From assembly GCA_965201075.1 (NCBI GenBank), contig CBDAVP010000010.1:62001-126000 (forward strand): DNA of 64,000 nucleotides. Reading direction: 5' to 3'. Origin of the DNA: Isosphaeraceae bacterium. GTDB taxonomy: Bacteria; Planctomycetota; Planctomycetia; Isosphaerales; Isosphaeraceae. Made by a program: the position numbers and the translations under genes. The notes under the pieces were generated by a model. The model was not told the origin of the DNA. It searched no databases and saw nothing but the letters and a program-made list of their open reading frames with translations. Of this stretch, positions 9,709 through 17,184 are shown in pieces (the first letter of the stretch is position 1; every line of letters starts with the position of its first letter).

Positions 9709-10959
9709 TCAGGCCCGCAACGTCTCCACCACCCTGCGGGAACCGTTGGCGGCCCGCGACCGGGCCGCCTCGGACATCGCCCGATACCGCGCCAGATCCT
9801 CGGTCGCCCCCGCCGCGCTCTCCCGGAACGCTTCGCGCAACTCCGACCAGATCAGCCGGTTCCAACTCGTCGCGAGGGGACCGGCCGGATCATTGGGCCA
9901 GGGGGCGGGCTCGGGTGTTGAGCCGAGGACGAACCCGACTTCGCCGTCCATCCAGTCGCCCAGCGCGGTGTGATCCGGGGCCAGTAGCGGCCGACCTCCC
10001 GCCAGCGCCCTAATACTATAAGGTAGGGAACCGTTTTCGGCGCGGCTGGCGGACACCCCAAACGTCAACGCCCGACGGAGCAATTCGGCCCGGTTGGGGT
10101 CCAGGTCCTCGGCGATCACGGCGACCCGGCAGCAGTGCGGCTCGATCCGCCAGCTTCGGTATTCGTCGCGAAGGGCGGCCAACGCCTTGGGCCGTTGGTC
10201 GGCATCGCCAACCAGTTCGACGACCAAGGTCACGTCGTCGCGGTCACGGAACGCCAGCAGGAACGCCGTCAGCAGGTCTCGGTGATTGTAAGCCGGGTCG
10301 AGCGGGTCGACCGCCGCTCCATAAACCACCCCCTCCAGTTCCAAAACCGACGAAGGCGGCGGGGGTTCCTGAGACGCGGCGCGTTCCCGGGCGGCTCGCT
10401 TGGCCTGGCCGATCCGGGCGATCGCCTCGGGGTTCAACCATCGGCGGATGAACCGCCAGTAGAACGCCCGCGCGATCTTCAACGCCACGGCCTTCGGCGA
10501 GGGGCGAGCGGCGAAGTAGACCGCGACCGCCTTGGCCCGCACGATCCGGTCGATTGTCTCGGGGCTGAGGCGAGGGAAAACCTTCCGATAGACCCGGCTC
10601 AACAGTCCCTTGCGCCGTTTCGGCAACGGTTGGGGAGTCGCCAGGACCACCGGGCCGCCCCAAACGACGTGTCGGCAGTCGATCCGCGTCCGGGCATAGG
10701 GGTCCCAACCGGGCCGAGCGAAGTCCGCCGGGGTCACCGCGGGGGGAACCACGACGATCTCGGCGAGAACCCCTGCCCTCCGTAACGCCTCGGCGGCGAA
10801 CTCGCTGGAGGTACGGATCAGGTCCACGCCCTCGCCGGTGCCGGGTGGGACGTCGGGATAGGCCCAGGGAAAATCCAGGACGACCTGGCCGCCGGAAGGG
10901 TTGGCGTGGAAGTGCGGTCGCGGCGGGCCGGGGGTGGGTCGGTCGTGGTTCGCGGCCAT
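9709..10959 (-). CDS. Divergent glycosyltransferase-like protein, paralog of 21106-24189 (start uncertain)
   Basis: Shares DLLTAFLLAFRDRDDVTLV, SRAE, GRPLLAPDHT and WPNDP...TSWNRLIWS with the two downstream GTs. The N-terminal domain is shortened. Confidence 0.7.
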   Translation of the reverse strand: MAANHDRPTPGPPRPHFHANPSGGQVVLDFPWAYPDVPPGTGEGVDLIRTSSEFAAEALRRAGVLAEIVVVPPAVTPADFARPGWDPYARTRIDCRHVVWGGPVVLATPQPLPKRRKGLLSRVYRKVFPRLSPETIDRIVRAKAVAVYFAARPSPKAVALKIARAFYWRFIRRWLNPEAIARIGQAKRAARERAASQEPPPPSSVLELEGVVYGAAVDPLDPAYNHRDLLTAFLLAFRDRDDVTLVVELVGDADQRPKALAALRDEYRSWRIEPHCCRVAVIAEDLDPNRAELLRRALTFGVSASRAENGSLPYSIRALAGGRPLLAPDHTALGDWMDGEVGFVLGSTPEPAPWPNDPAGPLATSWNRLIWSELREAFRESAAGATEDLARYRAMSEAARSRAANGSRRVVETLRA

Positions 10960-11143
10960 CGGTTCGAGGACTCCCCGGCTCAGGACGCGCACCCCCTTCT
11001 CGAATTCGCGAAAGGGGACGGGCGGGGCAACGTAATCCCCGTCGCCCGTGACGTCAACGCGAACCCGAAGACGCCCCCCGGCCGATTTGCGACGATGAAG
11101 GCTCGCCTCACGGACACCCCAGCTTCGCCGGAGATTCCCATCG

Positions 11144-12028
11144 ATGCCCACCCCCGGCGCCCGCCTCCGTGCCGCCTGGACCGACCAGCCCATCATGATC
11201 CCCGGCGCCTTCAACGCCCTGTCCGCCCGGCAAGCCCAGCGGCTCGGCTTCCCCGCCGTGTATCTGTCCGGAGGCGCCCTTTCGGCCGGCTGGGCGGGGC
11301 TTCCCGACGTGGGTTTGCTGACTCTGACCGAATTCGTCGAGCAGGCCGCCGTCCTCGCCCGGGCCACGACCCTCCCCCTGCTTTGCGACGCCGACACCGG
11401 CTTCGGCGAGCCGATCAACGCCGCTCGCGCCGTCGCCCTGTTCGGCGCCGCCGGAGCCGCGGGCGTTCACCTGGAGGACCAGGTTTTGCCCAAGCGTTGC
11501 GGACACCTCTCCGGCAAGGCGTTGGTCGAGACCTCGACAATGGTGGCCAAGCTCCGAGCCGCCAGTTCCGCCCGACCCGACCCCGACTTCGTCCTGATCG
11601 CCCGCACCGACGCCCGTTCGGTCGAAGGGTTCGACGCCGCCGTCGCCCGCGCCCACGCCTATCGGGACGCCGGCGCCGACATGATCTTCCCCGAGGCCCT
11701 GGAGTCGGCCGACGAGTTCGCCGAGTTCGCCCGACTGGTCGACGCCCCATTGCTGGCCAACATGACCGAGTTCGGCCGCGGCCCCCTGCTCGACTTCGCC
11801 GACCTCGCCGAGATGGGCTATCGAGCCGTCCTGTACCCCCTGACCGCCTTCCGGGCGGCCATGAAGGCGGCCGAGGAAACCCTCCGTTCCCTGAGAGACC
11901 TCGGCCACCAGCGGGCGAGCCTCGACCGGATGCAATCCCGCGCCGAGCTTTATGACCTGATCGACTACCGATCCTGGGAAGACCGGGACCGTGAACTCTT
12001 CGGCCGACCCATCAGCGAAGAGCCGTAA
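11144..12028 (+). CDS. prpB: 2-methylisocitrate lyase
   Basis: YLSGGA, GLPDVG, DADTGFG, HLEDQVLPKRCGH, IARTDA, LLANMTEFG. Confidence 0.95.
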   Translation: MPTPGARLRAAWTDQPIMIPGAFNALSARQAQRLGFPAVYLSGGALSAGWAGLPDVGLLTLTEFVEQAAVLARATTLPLLCDADTGFGEPINAARAVALFGAAGAAGVHLEDQVLPKRCGHLSGKALVETSTMVAKLRAASSARPDPDFVLIARTDARSVEGFDAAVARAHAYRDAGADMIFPEALESADEFAEFARLVDAPLLANMTEFGRGPLLDFADLAEMGYRAVLYPLTAFRAAMKAAEETLRSLRDLGHQRASLDRMQSRAELYDLIDYRSWEDRDRELFGRPISEEP

Positions 12029-12046
12029 ATGCCGAGGAACACCCGC

Positions 12047-12095
12047 GGCTCATGATGGATTGCGGGGTGGTGCCGATCAATGGCCCATCAGGGCA
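12047..12095 (+). repeat. Left 49-bp imperfect inverted repeat
   Basis: GGCTCATGATGGATTGCGGGGTGGTGCCGATCAATGGCCCATCAGGGCA matches the reverse complement of 12674-12722 at 44/49 positions. Confidence 0.9.
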
Positions 12096-12603
12096 CCCCG
12101 ATAGGCAGGACGTCCCCTTTCCCGACACCGCCCGGTTGAGCTTCCGCCTCGTGGATCTCGAGTATCGATTTCAACTCCTCCCATTCTTTGTCGGAGAGTT
12201 GCCGATACCGTTCCGGGATGTAACGCCGATGATGCCCTTGGTCACCGCTACCTTCGTCAGTCACGGAGCCGATGAGAAGAGACCCAGCCAATCTGAAATG
12301 AGCGACGAGTTTCCCTTCTCGCGTTGCATTGATGAGGTGAGTTCCGGAATACGGAGTCGTTACTCGAGTCACCCAACCCGTATTGTGAGTATTTATAAAG
12401 TTTACGAACCGATTGATTCTTTCCCGATCAATCTTGTGATCTACCGTGTTCGATTCATTATCCACCCGCGTCGCGATCTCGACCGAGTCGATCTGCGTTG
12501 GGGTTGGCAGCTTGATCGGAGAAGTGGGTCTGTCGGCCGTGAGACACCCAGGAAGGAGGATGAGGATCGTCGAGAAGCCCATCCTGTACGACTTTTCGCT
12601 CAA
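12088..12603 (-). CDS. Hypothetical lipoprotein (AT-richer, foreign-looking)
   Basis: Hydrophobic stretch ending in lipobox-like LLPG-C. Start is TTG 12603 or ATG 12582. Lies between the inverted repeats. Confidence 0.65.
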   Translation of the reverse strand: MSEKSYRMGFSTILILLPGCLTADRPTSPIKLPTPTQIDSVEIATRVDNESNTVDHKIDRERINRFVNFINTHNTGWVTRVTTPYSGTHLINATREGKLVAHFRLAGSLLIGSVTDEGSGDQGHHRRYIPERYRQLSDKEWEELKSILEIHEAEAQPGGVGKGDVLPIGVP

Positions 12604-12673
12604 TAGAAATGGTCTCTCGCTCGTCCGCATCGACGGGATCTCCTACCAGATCTCGCCTCCACGGCGGGGGTGA

Positions 12674-12722
12674 TGCCCTGATTGGCCATCGATCGGCACC
12701 GCCCTGCAATCCATCACGAGCC
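12674..12722 (-). repeat. Right 49-bp imperfect inverted repeat
   Basis: Reverse complement GGCTCGTGATGGATTGCAGGGCGGTGCCGATCGATGGCCAATCAGGGCA has 5 mismatches to 12047-12095. Confidence 0.9.
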
Positions 12723-12973
12723 TTCCGAGATTCGGCGGCTCCGTCAGCGACGAACCGCCGCCGGAAACGCGGCGACCGGATCGGCCGTCGCCCCCTTGAG
12801 GGCCATCCGCGTCGCCTTGAAACTGTAGGGCCGCTGGACGCTATCGACGGCCTCCGCCTGCTCGTGGTCACGACGGGGACGGGCGTCTCCATCGCATTCG
12901 AGAGTCAGGCGGTGGTCGCGATCGGGCGTTCCTCAACGGATCAAGGCTCTGCTCTCGGGAAGGACAAACCGGT

Positions 12974-14095
12974 TCAGGCCGCCAGATCTTCACGGAGCAA
13001 GGTCAGCGACTCGGCGTGGGCGTCCAGCAAGATCCGGGCGACGTTGTCCCACGAGAATCGCCGGTCCAGCGGTGCTTTGGGGATTTCCAGCGGTCCGGCG
13101 GCGACCCGTTCCCGCCAGGCGTCGTCCAGCGTGGCCGGGTCGCACGGGTCGAAGAAGTGCAAGCCGGGACCGTCGAACTCGACGATCGAGCTATTGCCGC
13201 TGGCCAGCACCGGCGTCCCGTGCCTCAAGGAGTCGAGAACCGGGAAGCCGAACCCTTCGTACAGGGACGGGTAGATGGAGACCGCGGCCGTCCGATAGAG
13301 GCGGCAAAGCTCGGCGTCGGAGACGACCCCCAGCAACCGGACCTTCCGCCCGCCGGGGGCTCGGGTGACGGCCTTGAGCTGCTTCTTGTCGGTCAGCCAG
13401 CCGACCGGGCCGACCCACCACAGTTCCATCTCGGGCGGCAGGGCTTGCGACTTCTGGAACCAGTCCAGCAGGAAGAAGGCGTTCTTGCGAGGCTCCAGGG
13501 TCGAGACCACCAGGGCCACGTCGTCTCGTCGGGCGACCGCGCCGGCATGCAGGTGACGCTCGACGCAGAGGCTCGGGCCCGAAGGGGCGACCACGACCCT
13601 GGACGGGTCGATGTCGGTCAGCCACGAGGCGTCGGACTTCGTCGACCGCGACACCGCCAGGGCGAGGTCGGCGGTGGGCAGGGCCTTGCTGAAGAAGCCC
13701 GTGAAGTGGCCGACGGTTCGCTGGGCGTGGGTCTGCGGCAGGAGCACCGGGGTCAGGTCGTGCAGGATGCAGACCTCGAAGGCGAAGGTCCGCTCCACCG
13801 GCTTGAGGCAGCAGTAGACGCCGACGCTGCCCGGGCCGGGATCACCCAGGGGACGCCGCTCGCCCCTCCAGACTTTCTTCGCCCAGACCGCCAGGTCCTG
13901 GTCCTGCGACCAGTCGAGCCCGGCCGGGGGGACGATTTCGTCGCCCTGAGCGCAGAACCGCACCGGCCCCCTCGCTGCCAGGGCCAGGGCGAGTCTCGCG
14001 GTGTAGCGGCCGATGCCGGTGATGTGCCGGTCGGCCAGCGGCCCGGCGTCCACGAAGATCGACCGGCTGAGGTGAGTCGGCTGCACGGCGCTCAT
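12974..14095 (-). CDS. Glycosyltransferase family 4 (mannosyltransferase-like)
   Basis: TGIGRY, LHDLTP, STLEPRKN, YPSLYEGFGFPVLDSL. Confidence 0.9.
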   Translation of the reverse strand: MSAVQPTHLSRSIFVDAGPLADRHITGIGRYTARLALALAARGPVRFCAQGDEIVPPAGLDWSQDQDLAVWAKKVWRGERRPLGDPGPGSVGVYCCLKPVERTFAFEVCILHDLTPVLLPQTHAQRTVGHFTGFFSKALPTADLALAVSRSTKSDASWLTDIDPSRVVVAPSGPSLCVERHLHAGAVARRDDVALVVSTLEPRKNAFFLLDWFQKSQALPPEMELWWVGPVGWLTDKKQLKAVTRAPGGRKVRLLGVVSDAELCRLYRTAAVSIYPSLYEGFGFPVLDSLRHGTPVLASGNSSIVEFDGPGLHFFDPCDPATLDDAWRERVAAGPLEIPKAPLDRRFSWDNVARILLDAHAESLTLLREDLAA

Positions 14096-14709
14096 GGCCA
14101 CCCCTTCCCTGGACGTTGCCGCCTGCTCAAACCAACCCACGAGGCGGGCCCACTCCGTCGGGCGCCGGACCTTACCAGCCCCCCTAGTCTCCGACAAGCC
14201 GAGTTGACGAAGCCGCCTCCCCTCGATTCGCGACCTAGGCTCGATACAGTTGCCCGGTCAATTCCCTTCATGCCGCCATCGCCAATGTCCCGTTACCCAG
14301 GTGTCCGGTCCTTCGGGCCGGCTCTCGTTGTTTCCCAGAACGAGGAGACAAAGGGATGCATTCATGGGACGAGCCCCGCGAGTGTCCTCGGGCCGATCTG
14401 CGTGAGGGTTTCCGGTTTGGGTCGATTCCCAGGCGGTTGACCCCCGACGATTGCCTCCGAACCCGGGACACCTCGGGGCCGGAACTTGAGTCCAATCGAC
14501 TCGCCTTGGTTCACGAACCGGGAATTTCGGGCATAATTCCTCCAGACGCGAACGCCGACTCAGCCCGGGTGGTGCGAGGCCCCCGGGAACGCCGTCACAA
14601 CGGCGGAGGCGGGTCCGTATCCCCAACTGGGATCGACCGGCGGCAGCTCACCGGAGGGATGGTGAGGCTGCCCGACGTGCGTCTCGTCTCCAGGTCTGAT
14701 GAGGTTCCG

Positions 14710-14901
14710 ATGTCACTCCAGGTCGCCCCGAGGGTTGCCGTCCGATTGGTCCCGACCAGCGTCGATTGGGGGACGCCGGCGGAGGAGCCAATACCCCTGG
14801 CGGAGTCCGCTCGGGAGCCCGACGCCCTGAGTCTGACCAGCCGTGACATCATGGACGAGGCTCGCCGCCGCCTCGCCTCCAAGGACTATCACTGGGACTG
14901 A
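14710..14901 (+). CDS. Small hypothetical protein (63 aa)
   Basis: GAGG 5 nt before ATG 14710. GC3-rich codons. Ends DEARRRLASKDYHWD. Confidence 0.55.
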   Translation: MSLQVAPRVAVRLVPTSVDWGTPAEEPIPLAESAREPDALSLTSRDIMDEARRRLASKDYHWD

Positions 14902-15199
14902 GACGCCCCCCTCGCTGAACGTGGGGCCGCTCTCCCCGGCCCCCATCCTCTCCCGCCTTGCGTCGGGCCTTTCTCATGACGCCTTCCCCCCCCGGCCGTG
15001 TAAGGCACTCGGTGGGGGCGGCGTATCGTTTAGCGACCGGACGCCACGGCCGGGACTCGGCGGGATCGGATTCCCGCCCGGACCCGAGGCGTCCGCACCC
15101 GCTCTTCCCATCTTGACCCCACCCCCGGAGACTTTTCCCGTCTTTCCAGGATCACCCCGTCGACGTCCAGGCGTCGAGGGGTGCAAGGAGGTCGTGCGC

Positions 15200-17089
15200 A
15201 TGTCACGGATGATGAAGGATTCGACCCCGGGGACCCAGCACGAAACCCGCGCCGCTCGCCGACGCGCCCTGTTGGCGACGCGATTCGCCTGCGAGTCGCT
15301 CGAAGGTCGCCAGATGCTGACCGCCGGCCTGGGGTTCGACCCCGCTGGCATCGGCACATTGCTGCCGGTGACCGTGGGCACCAACGACCAGAACGCTCCG
15401 GCCGATTCGGGAGACTCGTCCGCCACCAGACCGATGAGCTTTGACCATCAGGTCGCCTCGGATTCCGGCCCCAGCATGGGCCGGGGCCATTTCCCGATGG
15501 GCGGAGACCTGAAGGGACCGGGCGTCGGAGGCGCCCTCGGCTCGTCCTCGAGCGACCTGGTGACCGCCCTGCTCGGCGGCTCCGACGCCAAGGCCCCGTC
15601 CGGGAAGTTCGGCCCTGGAGGCCAGGTCGCGCCCCAGGGCGGATCCACCACGTCGTCGTCGTCCGCTCAGACCGACTCGGGCTCGCAGGCGATCGCCCAG
15701 TTGCAGACCGACCGACAGGCCCTGGTCGCCAAGTCGCAAGTGACCGTGGCGCAACGGACCGCGTTCGAGGCCGACCTCAAGGCCGACGCCGCGGCCGTCA
15801 CCGCCCAGGCCACGCCGTTGCAGATCGCCCAGTTGCAGACCGACCTCCAGGCCGTTGGCACGACCGGCAGTCTCGACGTCAACACGTTGCTGACCGACCA
15901 GGCGGCGATTTTGACGGCGCAGGGGGTGAGCGCCTCGGCGATCACTCAGTTGCAGACCGACGAGCAGGCGATCCTGACCGCCTCGGGCGTCACCGGCGCC
16001 GACCTTCAGAAACTGGCGACCGACCGCCAGGCCGTGGAGACGGCCATCAAGGCTCAGGCTCCGACTCAGGCGACAACCTCGACCTCGACGACCACCATCG
16101 CCTCGTCGAAGGGTGTCGACCAGCTTCGGACAGATCTCCAGGCCCTGGCGGCCAAGTCGCAGGTGACCGACGCCCAGACCGCGGCCCTGGCCAACGACGC
16201 CCAGGCGGTGCGCAAGGAGATCACCAGCGCAGGCGACGCCATGGCCCTGTCCACCTTCCAGAGCGACTTGAAGGCCGCCCTCGGCGGCGGGACGCTCGAC
16301 TTCTCGAAGCTGCTGACCGACCAGGCGGCGGTCCTGTCCAGCCGAGGAGTGACGCAGGCGACCATCACCCAACTCCAGATCGACGAACAGGCCGCGTTCA
16401 CCGCCTCGGGGGTCACCCAGGCCGATTTGACGACGCTCGCCAACGACCGTGCCGCCATGGACAAGGCGACCCCGTCCCAGGGCGATTCCGCCCATGAGTC
16501 GCTCGGCGATTCCGGCCCCGGCGCGTTCGAGATGCGAGGGGATCGCGGCCAGTCGGGAGACTGGGACGTCCAGTCGTGGGGCGGCGCCCAGTCTGAGGAC
16601 TTGGTCTCGGGGTCTCGGGGCTTCGGTGACTCGGGTACTGGCGACCGAGGCTTCGGGGGCCGGGATCGCGGCGGGATGTCGGGGTTCGGTGGCCAGAACG
16701 GTCCGGTCTTCCAGGGCGGCTCCGGGGGTCGGGATCTGACGGCCAAGTCGTCGACTTCCTCGGCAGACCCCTCGACGACGAGCCCGGCCGATCCGTCGGC
16801 GACTCCCGCGACCCCAGACGCCACCGGCACCACCACCACCTCGACGACGACCACCGCGACGCCGACTTTGGATTCGTCGGGCTCGCCCTCGGCGACCCCT
16901 TCGGGCCCGGTCGCGGCGGCCTCCACCCCGGGCAGCGTCCAGGGGGCGGGCCATCGGCGCGGGGGTGCGAACCTGAATCGGGGGATGACTCTCGCCCGCT
17001 CGACGATGGGCGGCGGCCATGCCTTTGCCCAGGCTCAGACCCACCCGGGCGGTCACGGGACCCGAGGCCATTTCGGCCGTCGGGGCTGA
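15200..17089 (+). CDS. Planctomycete extracellular protein with duplicated helical (L-Q-T-D) repeat region and low-complexity linkers
   Basis: AAGGAGG RBS, CESLEGRQMLT motif, and two ~140-aa repeats starting QLQTDRQALVAKSQVT and QLRTDLQALAAKSQVT. Confidence 0.8.
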   Translation: MSRMMKDSTPGTQHETRAARRRALLATRFACESLEGRQMLTAGLGFDPAGIGTLLPVTVGTNDQNAPADSGDSSATRPMSFDHQVASDSGPSMGRGHFPMGGDLKGPGVGGALGSSSSDLVTALLGGSDAKAPSGKFGPGGQVAPQGGSTTSSSSAQTDSGSQAIAQLQTDRQALVAKSQVTVAQRTAFEADLKADAAAVTAQATPLQIAQLQTDLQAVGTTGSLDVNTLLTDQAAILTAQGVSASAITQLQTDEQAILTASGVTGADLQKLATDRQAVETAIKAQAPTQATTSTSTTTIASSKGVDQLRTDLQALAAKSQVTDAQTAALANDAQAVRKEITSAGDAMALSTFQSDLKAALGGGTLDFSKLLTDQAAVLSSRGVTQATITQLQIDEQAAFTASGVTQADLTTLANDRAAMDKATPSQGDSAHESLGDSGPGAFEMRGDRGQSGDWDVQSWGGAQSEDLVSGSRGFGDSGTGDRGFGGRDRGGMSGFGGQNGPVFQGGSGGRDLTAKSSTSSADPSTTSPADPSATPATPDATGTTTTSTTTTATPTLDSSGSPSATPSGPVAAASTPGSVQGAGHRRGGANLNRGMTLARSTMGGGHAFAQAQTHPGGHGTRGHFGRRG

Positions 17090-17121
17090 CCGACCCCGTC
17101 CGTCGTCAAGCGGTTTCGCGG

Positions 17122-17160
17122 AGGGCGGGCCGGGAATCAACCCGGCCCGCCCTTCTTGTT
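17122..17160 (+). terminator. Intrinsic terminator between convergent genes
   Basis: 13-bp stem AGGGCGGGCCGGG / CCCGGCCCGCCCT with a 6-nt loop, followed by TCTTGTT. Confidence 0.75.
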
Positions 17161-17184
17161 GATTCCGCCTCGCGGGGGCTCGGA

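Noticed and set aside
8890..9721. 12-13 bp inverted match flanking the ART pair (GTTGGCGGGCCTG / CAGGCCCGCAAC)
   Set aside because: It is short, gapped and GC-rich, and one arm is coding sequence, so it is compatible with chance.
12560..12673. Short plus-strand ORF after AGGAAGGAGG
   Set aside because: The RBS-like run is the complement of the hydrophobic signal codons of the minus-strand lipoprotein gene.
14500..14590. GGGG-GCC...GGCTGAG on the minus strand resembling a TPP riboswitch
   Set aside because: The following ACCC and CTGAT..GG.TAAT.CC..CG.AGG elements are not properly present, and the downstream gene is a glycosyltransferase.
14611..14640. CCAGTTGGGG (minus strand) resembling part of tRNA-Sec
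   Set aside because: No cloverleaf, anticodon arm or T-loop.
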